Positions 50,801 through 61,684 of a DNA stretch of 64,000 nucleotides are shown here, one piece after another. Made by a program: the position numbers and the translations under genes. The notes under the pieces are model-generated. The model was not told the DNA's origin, made no database searches, and saw only the letters and a list, made by a program, of their open reading frames with translations. The stretch is taken from assembly GCF_017348835.2 (NCBI RefSeq), contig NZ_CP071375.1. One strand, 5' to 3'. The stretch comes from Escherichia coli (lineage in GTDB: Bacteria > Pseudomonadota > Gammaproteobacteria > Enterobacterales > Enterobacteriaceae). Within the stretch, counting starts at the first letter, position 1, and every line of letters begins with the position of its first letter.

Positions 50801-53538
50801 ACGCATCCTCTCGTAAAAAAGACCATCCAGGTCGGTTATCCATCCTTTTCGGTGTATCAACTATTCAGAGAGTCTCTGTCGCAGGCATCTCAATCAACCT
50901 TGCCAATCAATCCCTCCCTGGCCGAATACCCGCAACTTTCGTCATCAGTGACTAAAATCACGTTTGCCATCTCCGGATCTTGCCGTTGTTCAACACACCA
51001 CTGCCTGAACGCTTCCCCTTCCAGTAAAGAAAATTCATCCCGATGTTTTTTCCACCAGCTTCGACGCACTCTGGCAACGCTCATTTCCCATGCGTGAGCA
51101 CCGCTGGCATAAGGCTTCACCACACCGTCAATACAGGTAGCCAGCCACAGGGAAACAGACTCTTCAGCCAGACGTGTCGACAGCTTTTCCGGGAGGTAAT
51201 CGTTGATATTGGCGGCATAGCCGGGCCTGAAGTTCAGCATAAACTTTTTAGCCATTGCGCGATCGCAGTAATATTTGCCCACTTGCTCCTGCTCGCTGCG
51301 GGCAAATCCTTCCGGCATTACCACGTCCTCACCGTAGACGGATTCAATAAGAAGCCGGGCTGCGTGTGGCATCTGAATAGCGCCTTGCTCACGCAATACT
51401 CGCTGCGTCAGCCAGATTCGCCCATGATCGGGGTAGACATATGCGCTGTTACGCATCGCACTGCCAAACCATTCGTCACCCGGAGAGTCGTCCCAGACGG
51501 GGGCCAGAATCAGCAATTCAGGAGGGGAACGCTCGTCTTTTCCATCACGCTTTAACTGACCATTAATATCGCGAATATGCCGTTGTAATCGCCCCGCTCG
51601 CTGGATCAGCAAATCAATGGGGGCCAGGTCGGAGATCATTTCGTCCAGGTCAATATCCACACTTTGCTCAATTACTTGTGTACAAACAATGACTTGAGAT
51701 GATCTTTTTAAACTACAATTTTTACCAAAGCGTGCCAGCGTTTCCGTTTCAATTCGCTGGCGATCGCTAAAAGCAAAGCGGCTATGAAAAAGTGAAAGGC
51801 TGGAAGCAGGAATGACGCCGCGGGCAAGTAACTGACGATAAACCTTAATAGCGTCATCGACAGAATTCCGGATCCAGGCGATGCATTTCCCCTGACTTAC
51901 CGCTGATTCGATACGCGCAATACATTCTTGTTCGCTATGAAGCCAACCCACGCTCACGCTACGCTCAACGTCTTTGCGCGTCGCTACCCGGTGCGAATGC
52001 ACATCGGATTTCGTGACATGCGTCAGCCAGGGGTAATCATCCTTTTCCAGGAACGGAGCTTCTTGCTGGCCCTCTGTGCCACGCGCAAAGGCGGCGACAA
52101 GTTTGTCGCGCTGCTGTTGAGATAACGTAGCAGAAAGCAAAATGACGCTGTTTCCGCCACGCACCTGTCGCTCAATCAACCCTTCAAGAATGTACGACAT
52201 GTAAGCGTCACAGGCGTGGATCTCATCAGCCAGCAGGATTTTGTTACTCAACCCCAGAAGCCGCAGATTATTATGTTTAAACGGCATCACTGCCATCATC
52301 GCCTGATCCAGCGTGCCGACGCCAATTTCAGCCAGTAAAGCCTTCTTGTTACTGTCGGCAAACCAGGCTGCACATCCTTGACTGAACGCTTGTTCATCCG
52401 GTTCTTCTGACCCGACTAAATCACCGGACCAGAGTGATTCATTAAAGCGTTCCATTAATGTACGGGCGCTGTGTGCCAGCACCAGGCTGGGGCGGGATTC
52501 TGGCGAAAAGAAAGCAAGCCAGGTTTTGACCAGCCGATCGTACATGGCATTGGCCGTTGCCATTGTTGGCAGGCCAAAAAACAAACCCTGTGCTTTCCTC
52601 GCAGCCATCAACCTGTGCGCCAGGATAAGCGCCGCTTCTGTTTTACCTGCGCCAGTCACGTCTTCCAGAATAAATAACTTTGGCCCTGGCTGGCTGATAT
52701 CCAGATCCAGCACCTTTTGCTGTAATGGTGTCGGGTGCTCAATAAAAGGAAACAGCGTATTAATTCCGGTGAAAGGTGCGGTTTCTGCTTTTGGAGGAAA
52801 GACGGTTAAGGCGTTTTGAGCCTGAACTAAAGTTTTCTGCCAGTAATCTTTAATATCCATTGGGTGTGCGACGCGTGGAAAAAATCGCGTTGACGAACCC
52901 GTCCAGTCTGCGAGTACGACTGTTGCAGAGATATACCAGGAAAGTTGTTTTAAAAGTTCAACGCCCTCGTCATCATCCCAGAATGTGGGAATCTCTATGA
53001 GCGGAAACAGTGCCTTGATTTCAAGGAGAAAATCTCGCGCGGCAGCTTTGTCTTCAGGCAGAAAATTATCCAGCTCATCAATACGGTCAGGTGGTCGACC
53101 ATGATGCCCGGTAGTTATGGACATCCACATCTCTATTACACGTGTAAGTTTACGAGAAGAGAGTGAAGATGAAGGAAGCAACTCCTCACATTCACTTAAA
53201 TAATAATTCCACAGCCAGTAACCCAGCGTTGAATGAGAGATCTTTTCGTAATTCTTTCTGGAACCTTCCGGAATCTTGAGTTCAGGGGCCAGGTAAAGTT
53301 GCTGAAAAGAGCGGGCAAATTTTCCAATATCGTGCCAGCACAACAACCAGGCGAAAAATTGAGCCGCCTGTTCCTTGTCAGAAATCCCTAATTGACGAAA
53401 ATAATCAGCCAGCCCGAAGCAATTTCTTTTAACCATTAAATAGCCCATCGCGGCCACATCCAGCGAATGCCAGCAAAGAAGGTGTGAACCGCCCCGGAAA
53501 TCCTGGAGACTAAACTCCCTGAGAAAGAGGTAAACAGG

Positions 53539-53865
53539 ATGACTAAAAATACTCGTTTTTCCCCCGAAGTCCGTCAGCGGGCGATTCGTATGGTTCTGGA
53601 AAGTCAGGATGAATATGACTCACAGTGGGCGGCAATTTGTTCCATTGCCCCAAAGATTGGCTGTACGCCGGAGACTCTGCGTGTCTGGGTTCGCCAGCAT
53701 GAGCGGGATACCGGGAGTGGTGATGGTGGACTCACCACCGCTGAACGTCAGCGTCTGAAAGAGCTGGAACGTGAAAATCGTGAACTGCGCCGCAGTAACG
53801 ATATCCTTCGCCAGGCTTCCGCTTATTTTGCGAAGGCGGAGTTCGACCGCCTCTGGAAAAAATAA
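53539..53865 (+). CDS. IS3-family transposase OrfA (HTH / leucine zipper)
   Basis: 108-aa [25 protein letters not shown]... that I recognise as IS629/IS1203-type OrfA. Confidence 0.85.
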   Translation: MTKNTRFSPEVRQRAIRMVLESQDEYDSQWAAICSIAPKIGCTPETLRVWVRQHERDTGSGDGGLTTAERQRLKELERENRELRRSNDILRQASAYFAKAEFDRLWKK

Positions 53866-54752
53866 TGCCACTGCTGGATAAGCTGCGTGAGCAGTACGGG
53901 GTCGGACCGGTATGCAGCGAACTGCATATTGCCCCGTCAACGTATTACCATTGTCAGCAACAGCGACATCATCCGGATAAACGCAGTGCCCGTGCGCAGC
54001 ACGATGACTGGCTGAAGAAAGAGATACAGCGCGTATACGATGAAAATCACCAGGTATACGGTGTGCGTAAAGTCTGGCGTCAGTTGTTACGGGAAGGTAT
54101 CAGAGTGGCCAGATGCACTGTGGCACGTCTCATGGCAGTTATGGGACTTGCCGGTGTTCTCCGGGGTAAAAAGGTCCGCACTACCGTCAGCCGGAAAGCC
54201 GTTGCCGCATGCGACCGCGTAAACCGTCAGTTCGTGGCAGAACGTCCAGACCAGTTGTGGGTGGCTGATTTTACCTGGGTAAGCACATGGCAGGGCTTCG
54301 TTTATGTGGCGTTCATCATTGATGTGTTCGCCGGATACATCGTGGGATGGCAGGTCTCATCATCCATGGAAACAACATTCGTGCTGGATGCACTGGAGCA
54401 GGCGTTGTGGGCCCGTCGGCCGTCCGGCACAATCCATCACAGTGATAAAGGTTCTCAGTATGTATCGCTGGCCTACACGCAGCGGCTTAAGGAAGCCGGA
54501 TTACTGGCATCAACAGGGAGTACTGGCGACTCGTATGACAACGCGATGGCTGAGAGCATCAATGGTCTTTACAAAGCGGAGGTAATACACCGTAAGAGCT
54601 GGAAAAACCGGACAGAAGTGGAACTGGCCACACTAACGTGGGTGGACTGGTATAACAATCGACGATTGCTGGAAAGGCTGGGCCATATTCCTCCGGCAGA
54701 AGCAGAAAAAGCTTATTATGCTTCCATCGGAAATAATGATCTGGCAGCCTGA
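53865..54752 (+). CDS. IS3-family transposase OrfB (DDE integrase core)
   Basis: 295-aa ORF with an rve-type catalytic core (...HHSDKGSQY...YDNAMAESINGLYKAE...); its ATG overlaps the orfA stop (TAATG). Confidence 0.85.
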   Translation: MPLLDKLREQYGVGPVCSELHIAPSTYYHCQQQRHHPDKRSARAQHDDWLKKEIQRVYDENHQVYGVRKVWRQLLREGIRVARCTVARLMAVMGLAGVLRGKKVRTTVSRKAVAACDRVNRQFVAERPDQLWVADFTWVSTWQGFVYVAFIIDVFAGYIVGWQVSSSMETTFVLDALEQALWARRPSGTIHHSDKGSQYVSLAYTQRLKEAGLLASTGSTGDSYDNAMAESINGLYKAEVIHRKSWKNRTEVELATLTWVDWYNNRRLLERLGHIPPAEAEKAYYASIGNNDLAA

Positions 54753-55067
54753 GTTCACAGATAAAACACTCTCCAGGAAACCCGGGGCGGTTCAGTGATA
54801 GTCGTCACCCCCTTCTTTCTCGTCGCGTCGGGTTTTTCCCCAGAAATCAAAGAAAGTCACAATATTTTTATCCTTCAGTAAACTTAAAGGATATTTACGC
54901 ATATTTTAAAAATTATCTGTGATATATATCAGCCAATAAAACATTTATATTGTGAATAAATTTATGATTTTCATTTGAAATTCATAATAATAAATAGAGA
55001 CAATATATTCACATAAAAAATATAAATTTAAAAAAGGGTGCAGGAGACCAAACCATCACAATTCAAT

Positions 55068-55089
55068 ACGCGGGGTTTTACCCCCGCGT
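55068..55089 (-). terminator. hairpin terminator downstream of the hok-like gene
   Basis: acgcggggttttacccccgcgt stem-loop 6 nt after the hok stop, followed on the minus strand by a T-rich tract. Confidence 0.5.
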
Positions 55090-55094
55090 GGTGG

Positions 55095-55247
55095 CTACTT
55101 CTTCGATTCGTAAGCGAGAACAGCCTTAAACTCCATACCACGTTCCCTGATACTCAACTCACACAACGAGTCGCCTACCATCAGCGTGAATCCCAGTACT
55201 GTACAACACAGTACGATGATTGCCACAAGGGCATATTTTGTCAGCAT
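55095..55247 (-). CDS. Hok/Gef-family small membrane toxin
   Basis: 50-aa [53 protein letters not shown] with an N-terminal TM helix and the conserved SLCE...AYES C-terminal pattern; not in the supplied ORF track because it is below the size cutoff. Confidence 0.75.
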   Translation of the reverse strand: MLTKYALVAIIVLCCTVLGFTLMVGDSLCELSIRERGMEFKAVLAYESKK

Positions 55248-55308
55248 GTCTGTGTAAGTTCACAGAGATATTGCAATTGCCTCCGGATAAGTAAGGGGAG
55301 ATTGCACT

Positions 55309-56330
55309 ATGCAAATGCAGCATCTGATGGTTGGCTATCCTAAGTACTACCAAACGGCCGATTATGCGTTGAGGCTTTCAGTGATGGCTGATATAGCAAC
55401 AATGAGAATGAAGGCTCTGCACTTCTGGGATAAACACGGTATTTCTGCAGCTTCTGAAGCCTTTGGCGTGTCCTGCCGCACGCTTTACTGGTGGCGTCAG
55501 TTACTGAACAAGGAAGGACCTGAGGGGCTAATCCCGCACAGTAAGGCACCTCTGGTGCGACGAAAAAAACACTGGCATCCCGATGTGCTGAAAGAGATTC
55601 GACGCCTCAGGACAGAGCTGCCGAACCTCGGTAAAGAGCAGATTTTTGTTCGCCTGAAGCCCTGGTGCGAACAGCGCTATCTGGCCTGTCCGAGTGTTTC
55701 CACCATCGGCAGAATGATCGCTGCCGCACATGATAAAATGCGGATGATACCTGTGCGTCTGGGATCGCGGGGGAAGGCACTGCTTGTCAAAAAGCGGTCT
55801 GCCAAACCCCGCAGGCCAAAGCACTACCGCCCGGTAAAGACAGGTGAGCTCATTGGGATGGACGCCATTGAGCTCAGAATGGGCGAACTGCGTCGCTATG
55901 TCATCACCATGATCGACGAATGCAGCAATTACGCGCTGGCTGTGCCGTCACTCAACAGTGATATCGTCAATCACTTCTTCAGCCGCGCAGCCCGGTTGTT
56001 CCCGGTCGGTATCAGCCAGATAATCACAGATAACGGAAAAGAGTTCCTGGGAAACTTCGACAAAACGCTGCAGGAAGCCGCTATCAAACACCTCTGGACC
56101 TATCCCTACACGCCAAAAATGAACGCTATCTGTGAACGTTTTAACCGGACGTTAAGAGAGCAGTTTATTGAATTTAATGAGATTTTACTCTTTGAAGATC
56201 TGGCGCTATTTAACCAGAAGCTGGCGGAATATCTGGTGCTGTATAACAGCAAAAGACCCCACAAGGCGCTCGCACTAATGACGCCCGTGGAATATATTTT
56301 AAAAGAGAATAAAAATTGCAATATGTGGTG
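55309..56330 (+). CDS. DDE (rve/integrase-core) transposase, IS481-family-like; element ends not resolved
   Basis: N-terminal HTH (ISAASEAFGVSCRTLYWW) followed by an integrase core (ITDNGKEF...YTPKMNAICERFNRTLREQ...YNSKRPHKAL). The listed ORF runs on to 56739 into cysH antisense, which I take as read-through; the true 3' end is estimated near 56300-56330. Confidence 0.6.
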
Positions 56331-56606
56331 GACCCATACAATGTCTTGCCTCCCTGCAAAGAAGAGACTAACATTCGAATTGCTTAGGTTCGAACGCTGG
56401 CCTCAGGTTGATAGAAATATCGCCTGGGGCTTTTGTCCATCTGGAACCTCGCGAATGCTTAACGCCAGACAGCCTCAAGCACCCGACGCCATTCTATACC
56501 TGATAATTCTTCCAGCGGCGTTCACGTTTAAAATCAGGAATGCTGCTCGCAAAATAAAAACGCCCCCATCATTTCTGACAGAGGCGTTTAATTTATCCGG
56601 CAATAT

Positions 56607-57341
56607 TTACCCTTCGTGTAACCCACATTCCCTTTTTAAGCCAAAGAAACGCGTTTCTTCTTCCGCCATGCCAGGTTCCCATTTACGGGTTGTATGGGTA
56701 TCACCGACCGATAAATATCCTTCGTCCCATAATGGGTGATATTTCAGGCCATGCTTTTGCAGATACTGATATATCGTTCGGTTATCCCAATCGATAATCG
56801 GTAGCACTTTAAATACGCCACGCTGAATTGTCAGCACCGGTAAATTGGCGCGGCTGCCGGATTGTTCGCGGCGCAGGCCAGCAAACCACGTTTGCGCGTT
56901 AAGTTCTTTCAGCGCCCGGTTCATCGGTTCGACTTTGTTGATGTCATTGTACTTTTCAATGCCTTCAACGCCCTGCTCCCACAGTTTTCCGTAGCGTGCT
57001 TCCTGCCAGGCTGCGCTTTCGGTAGCACGGTACACTTTCAGGTTGAGCTTGAGTTTGTCCGTTAACTCGTCAATAAAGCGGTAGGTTTCCGGGAACAAGT
57101 AACCGGTATCGGTGAGGATCACTGGAATATCCGGGCGAATCTGATTCACCAGATGCAGGCTCACCGCCGCCTGAATGCCGAAGCTGGAAGAAAGCACATA
57201 TTCACCGGGCAGATTATCCAGCGCCCAGGCTACGCGGCCTTCAGCGTCCAGTTTTTCCAGTTGGGCGTTAGTTTCCGCCAGCGCCAGAATGCGATCTACC
57301 TTCGGCAGTTCGTTCAGGGCGTTTAGATCGAGTTTGGACAT
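56607..57341 (-). CDS. cysH: phosphoadenosine phosphosulfate reductase
   Basis: 244 aa from [22 protein letters not shown] with C-terminal ECGLH. The listed ORF starts 51 codons upstream. Confidence 0.93.
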   Translation of the reverse strand: MSKLDLNALNELPKVDRILALAETNAQLEKLDAEGRVAWALDNLPGEYVLSSSFGIQAAVSLHLVNQIRPDIPVILTDTGYLFPETYRFIDELTDKLKLNLKVYRATESAAWQEARYGKLWEQGVEGIEKYNDINKVEPMNRALKELNAQTWFAGLRREQSGSRANLPVLTIQRGVFKVLPIIDWDNRTIYQYLQKHGLKYHPLWDEGYLSVGDTHTTRKWEPGMAEEETRFFGLKRECGLHEG

Positions 57342-57362
57342 AGATTCCTCACTGTTTGCCTT

Positions 57363-57398
57363 GCCTGATGCGACGCTCACGCGTCTTATCAGGCCTAC
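57363..57398. repeat. REP element between cysI and cysH
   Basis: gcctgatgcgacgctcacgcgtcttatcaggcctac palindromic unit. Confidence 0.55.
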
Positions 57399-57414
57399 AA
57401 GACCGGGCTGATGG

Positions 57415-59127
57415 TTAATCCCACAAATCGCGCGCCGGATCGAGCACCGGGCGAATGATGCCCGCACGCACCGTAAAGTCGCCGAAGCCTTCACCCGCTT
57501 CGCGCTCTTTCGCCCAGCGCCCTATCAGTTCATCAAGCGACGCCAGGATTTCCGGCTCGGTGATGTTTTCTTTATACATCCGTGGGATACGTGTCCCAAT
57601 ACGGTTGCCGCCAAGATGCAGGTTGTAGCGACCCGGCGCTTTACCCACCAGCCCCACTTCCGCCAGCATCGCGCGACCACAACCGTTCGGGCAGCCTGTT
57701 ACACGCATCACGATATGCTCATCGCTGACACCATGTTTCGCCATTAAATTATCGATGTTGTCGATAAAAGACGGCAGGAAACGCTCCGCTTCCGCCATCG
57801 CCAGCGGGCAAGTCGGGAATGACACGCAGGCCATTGAGTTTTCACGCTGCGGCGTGACGGCATTCATTAACCCGCTCTCTTTAGCGATCTTCTCGATCTT
57901 CGCTTTCTCGCTTTCCGGCACACCGGCGATGATCAGATTCTGGTTCGCCGTAATGCGGAAATCACCTTTGTGGATCTTCGCGATCTCCAGCAGGCCGGTT
58001 TTCAGCGGACGCCCCGGATAATCAAGGATGCGACCATTTTCGATAAACAGCGTCAGGTGCCAGTTATCATCAATGCCCTTAACCCAGCCAATACGATCTC
58101 CACGTCCGGTGAACTCATACGGACGGATCGGTTCAAATTTGATCCCCGCGCGACGTTCCACTTCCGCTTTAAATGTCTCAACACCCACGCGCTCCAGCGT
58201 GTATTTGGTTTTGGCATTTTTACGATCGGTACGGTTACCCCAATCGCGCTGAGTCGTCACGACGGCTTCCGCCACCGCCAGGGTATGCTCCAGCGGCAGA
58301 TAACCAAACTCGCTCGCCGTGCGGGCGTAGGTTTTCTTATTACCGTGTTCGATGGAAAGCCCGCCGCCCACCAGCAGGTTAAAGCCTACCAGCTTGCCGT
58401 TTTCGGCGATTGCCACGAAGTTCATGTCGTTGGCATGCAGATCGATATCGTTCTGCGGCGGGATCACTACCGTGGTTTTGAATTTACGCGGCAAATAAGT
58501 CTGACCGAGGATCGGTTCTTCATCGGTGGTGGCGACTTTTTCCTGATCGAGCCAGATCTCCGCATACGCGCGGGTACGCGGCAGCAGATGTTCAGAGATT
58601 TTCTTCGCCCATTCATACGCTTCCGCGTGTAGCTGCGACTCGTAAGGGTTCGAGGTACAGAGTACGTTACGGTTCATGTCGTTAGCGGTCGCCAGCGCAT
58701 CAAGACCGACTGAGTGCAGCATCTGGTGCACCGGTTTGACGTTCTTTTTCAGAATGCCGTGGAACTGAAACGTCTGGCGGTTGGTCAGGCGAATGCTGCC
58801 ATAGATGGTGTTTTCACCGGCAAATTTGTCGATCGCCTGCCACTGTTTAGTGGTAATCACCCCACCCGGCAGACGGCAGCGCAACAGCATCGCGTGGCGC
58901 GGCTCCAGCTTCTGTTCAGCACGTTCGGCGCGGATGTCGCGGTCATCCTGCTGATACATGCCGTGGAAGCGGATCAGCAGGAAGTTGTCGCCCTTAAAGC
59001 CGCCGGTCAGACCGTCGTTTAAATCTTCCGCAATGGTGCCGCGCAGGTAGTTGCTTTCAAGCTTCATGCGCTCGGCGTCTGTCAGTTTTCCTTCGACCAC
59101 TAAAGGCCCTGGATGTTTTTCGCTCAT
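57415..59127 (-). CDS. cysI: sulfite reductase hemoprotein beta subunit
   Basis: 570-aa ORF with siroheme/4Fe-4S Cys motifs (CPNGC...C). Confidence 0.93.
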   Translation of the reverse strand: MSEKHPGPLVVEGKLTDAERMKLESNYLRGTIAEDLNDGLTGGFKGDNFLLIRFHGMYQQDDRDIRAERAEQKLEPRHAMLLRCRLPGGVITTKQWQAIDKFAGENTIYGSIRLTNRQTFQFHGILKKNVKPVHQMLHSVGLDALATANDMNRNVLCTSNPYESQLHAEAYEWAKKISEHLLPRTRAYAEIWLDQEKVATTDEEPILGQTYLPRKFKTTVVIPPQNDIDLHANDMNFVAIAENGKLVGFNLLVGGGLSIEHGNKKTYARTASEFGYLPLEHTLAVAEAVVTTQRDWGNRTDRKNAKTKYTLERVGVETFKAEVERRAGIKFEPIRPYEFTGRGDRIGWVKGIDDNWHLTLFIENGRILDYPGRPLKTGLLEIAKIHKGDFRITANQNLIIAGVPESEKAKIEKIAKESGLMNAVTPQRENSMACVSFPTCPLAMAEAERFLPSFIDNIDNLMAKHGVSDEHIVMRVTGCPNGCGRAMLAEVGLVGKAPGRYNLHLGGNRIGTRIPRMYKENITEPEILASLDELIGRWAKEREAGEGFGDFTVRAGIIRPVLDPARDLWD

Positions 59128-60926
59128 TAGTAGACATCTCGCTGATAACGGCGCTCTACGCGCAGCTCACTTAAAAATTCATCCGCCGCTTCGGTGTCCA
59201 TGCCACCAAATTCGGCAATCACTTCCAGAAGTGCCTGCTCAACGTCTTTCGCCATGCGATTAGCGTCGCCGCAGACATAAATGTGGGCACCGTCATTGAT
59301 CCAGCGCCACAGCTCCGCGCCCTGTTCGCGCAGTTTATCTTGTACGTAAACTTTTTCTTTTTGGTCGCGCGACCAGGCGAGATCGATCCGCGTCAGCACA
59401 CCCTCTTTGACGTAGCGCTGCCACTCCACCTGATACAGGAAGTCTTCCGTAAAATGCGGATTGCCAAAGAACAGCCAGTTTTTACCTGGCGCTTCGTCAG
59501 CGGCGCGTTGCTGCATAAAGGCGCGGAACGGCGCAATACCGGTGCCTGGGCCAATCATAATCACCGGGGTTTCCGGGTTAGCGGGCAGGCGGAAGTTATC
59601 GTTATGTTCGATAAATACGCGGACTTCGCCCTCTTCTTCCACGCGGTCCGCGAGGAAGCTGGAGGCACCACCAGCACGGGCGCGGCCTTCCACGTCGTAA
59701 CGCACCACACCAACGGTGACGTGTACTTCGTTCTCGACTTCCGCCTGCGAGGAGGCAATGGAATAGAGACGCGGCGTCAGCGGGCGCAGCAGATTAATTA
59801 GCGCTTCGGCATCAAGCTGTGCCGGGGAGAAACGCACCATGTCAACAATCGGCGTCGTCGCGGCGTAATGCTGTAACTTCGCTTTATCGCCCACCAGCGG
59901 CAGCAGTGTTTCACTGCGGGTAAGCGTGGCGTAATTCTCAACAATGTTGGCGGTGTTGACGGTCAGTTCGAAGTGCCACTGTAGCGCTTCGTTCAGAGGC
60001 AACGTTTTGCCCTCGACGGTGACAGGTTCATCGCCTTTCAGCCACAGCAGTTCGACAAGTTCTTTCACTAGTGCCGGATCGTTCTGATACCAGACACCCA
60101 GCGCGTCACCCGGCTGGTAACGCAGGCCCGAGTCACCTAAGTCAATTTCGATATGGCGAACGTCTTTTTCAGAGTTACGCCCGGTAATTTTCTGGTTAAC
60201 CGAAAGGCTCGCCACCAGCGGCGCGTCTTTGCTGTACGGGCTGGTGTGGATTTCATTTACCACGCCAGTAGCGACGGATTGCAAAGGTGCCGCGACAGGC
60301 GCACGCGATTTAAGCGCATCAACCACGCGGGCGCGCCACTCGCTGGCAGCAGCCTGGTATTCAACGTCGGCGTCGACACGGTCGAGCAGGCGTTCACCGC
60401 CCAGTTCCGCCAGCTTGCTGTCGAAATCTTTCCCGGACTGGCAGAAAAATTCATAAGAACTATCGCCGAGGCTAAACACGGCAAAAGCGGTATTTTCCAG
60501 CTTCGGCGCTTTTTTGGAGAACAGGAACTTATGCAGCGCGACGGCTTCTTCCGGCGGTTCCCCTTCTCCTTGCGTTGACGTCACCACGATAAGCAGTTTT
60601 TCGCTGGCGATTTGTTTGAATTTATAGTCGCCCGCGTTCACCAGCTTAACGTTCAGTTTTGCCGTCAATAAATCATCGCGTAATGCTTCAGCAACCCGGC
60701 GCGCATTGCCGGTTTGCGAAGCAGAGATAATAGTTATACCCGGCATTTCTGCGGCTGGCGCTGGCGTCGCTGCAAGCGCAGCAGGCTGCTGATTGAGCAC
60801 GCCCCAGAAATAGCCAGAAACCCAGGCAAGCTGGGTGGGAGTTAAATCGGTCGTGGCCGCCTGAAGGCGTGCCAGTTGCTCCGGGTTCAACGGAAGCAAC
60901 GCGGAAGGTGGGACCTGTGTCGTCAT
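59127..60926 (-). CDS. cysJ: sulfite reductase flavoprotein alpha subunit
   Basis: 599-aa ORF with flavodoxin-like and FAD/NADPH-binding domains. Confidence 0.93.
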   Translation of the reverse strand: MTTQVPPSALLPLNPEQLARLQAATTDLTPTQLAWVSGYFWGVLNQQPAALAATPAPAAEMPGITIISASQTGNARRVAEALRDDLLTAKLNVKLVNAGDYKFKQIASEKLLIVVTSTQGEGEPPEEAVALHKFLFSKKAPKLENTAFAVFSLGDSSYEFFCQSGKDFDSKLAELGGERLLDRVDADVEYQAAASEWRARVVDALKSRAPVAAPLQSVATGVVNEIHTSPYSKDAPLVASLSVNQKITGRNSEKDVRHIEIDLGDSGLRYQPGDALGVWYQNDPALVKELVELLWLKGDEPVTVEGKTLPLNEALQWHFELTVNTANIVENYATLTRSETLLPLVGDKAKLQHYAATTPIVDMVRFSPAQLDAEALINLLRPLTPRLYSIASSQAEVENEVHVTVGVVRYDVEGRARAGGASSFLADRVEEEGEVRVFIEHNDNFRLPANPETPVIMIGPGTGIAPFRAFMQQRAADEAPGKNWLFFGNPHFTEDFLYQVEWQRYVKEGVLTRIDLAWSRDQKEKVYVQDKLREQGAELWRWINDGAHIYVCGDANRMAKDVEQALLEVIAEFGGMDTEAADEFLSELRVERRYQRDVY

Positions 60927-61241
60927 GCGTCGTTATGTTCCAGTAAGCAAAGCTGTTTCTGCGCCCTGTCAGCGCCCATAAAACAGAAGAGAAGGTAAGG
61001 TTAACGGGGTGAACGGTGTGGATTAAAGACGGGATAGCGATAACTAATAACCAAATCGACTAACCTGTTTTAGCAATAGTCTTTAACAACAAAATAGATT
61101 AACCAACCTAATGAAAAACAAATGAATTTAGCCAATCATTAAGATAAATCAGCGATTTTGCGCAACAAAGTCGTTTTAGATAATGCGAAAAAACAGCCTT
61201 TCCGGTACTCTACGGCGGTTTTATCGTCCTGTAGAGAAATT

Positions 61242-61607
61242 ATGATGTCCACCACGTTATTTAAAGATTTCACCTTCGAAGCCGCTCACCGCTTACCACA
61301 CGTCCCGGAAGGGCATAAATGTGGTCGCCTGCACGGGCATTCCTTTATGGTGCGACTGGAAATTACCGGGGAAGTCGATCCGCATACGGGCTGGATTATC
61401 GATTTCGCTGAACTAAAAGCGGCGTTTAAGCCAACTTATGAGCGCCTCGATCACCATTATCTCAATGATATTCCAGGTCTGGAAAACCCAACTAGCGAAG
61501 TTTTAGCAAAATGGATTTGGGATCAGGTTAAACCCGTTGTGCCGCTGTTAAGTGCGGTGATGGTAAAAGAAACCTGCACCGCAGGGTGCATCTATCGCGG
61601 CGAATGA
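61242..61607 (+). CDS. queD: 6-carboxy-5,6,7,8-tetrahydropterin synthase
   Basis: 121 aa from [35 protein letters not shown] (QueD CxxxHGH signature). The listed ORF starts 28 codons upstream. Confidence 0.9.
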   Translation: MMSTTLFKDFTFEAAHRLPHVPEGHKCGRLHGHSFMVRLEITGEVDPHTGWIIDFAELKAAFKPTYERLDHHYLNDIPGLENPTSEVLAKWIWDQVKPVVPLLSAVMVKETCTAGCIYRGE

Positions 61608-61684
61608 TAAGAGTGTGTCGGCGGTCAATTTCCCTTAAGTAACGCTATGTTAGGGTGTTGTGTTCAGGATATCTGGGGCATGAC

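Larger units (their letters stand above)
53485..54794 (+). mobile_element. IS3-family insertion sequence, IS629-like, 1310 bp
   Basis: Terminal inverted repeats TGAACCGCCCCGG (53485-53497) and CCGGGGCGGTTCA (54782-54794); flanked by a 3-bp direct repeat GTG (53482-53484 and 54795-54797); contains orfA and orfB. Confidence 0.85.
50890..54902 (-). pseudogene. cas3: cas3 (HD nuclease/helicase) split at codon 36 by an IS629-like insertion
   Basis: N-terminal 36 codons at 54795-54902 (MRKYPLSLLKDKNIVTFFDFWGKTRRDEKEGGDDYH) continue in frame across the insertion into 53484 downwards (HLLCWHSLDVAAMGYL...LLCWHDIGKF HD motif). The remainder, 50890-53484, is open and carries DEAD/DEAH helicase motifs. 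Confidence 0.8.

Noticed and set aside
55038-55343. 101-aa plus-strand ORF in the hok region
   Set aside because: It is antisense to the hok-like gene and its terminator, has no start context or recognisable features; the minus-strand Hok ORF explains this locus better.
55159-55353. 64-aa minus-strand ORF overlapping hok (MVVLRIANHQ...)
   Set aside because: Not called as an independent gene. Its 3' part is the mok-like frame discussed in the findings; its 5' extension to 55353 runs into the transposase region and may be fortuitous.
56331-56739. C-terminal 136 codons of the listed 476-aa transposase ORF
   Set aside because: This part has no similarity to integrase-core proteins, crosses AT-rich sequence and overlaps the cysH 3' end in antisense; interpreted as read-through beyond the true transposase end.
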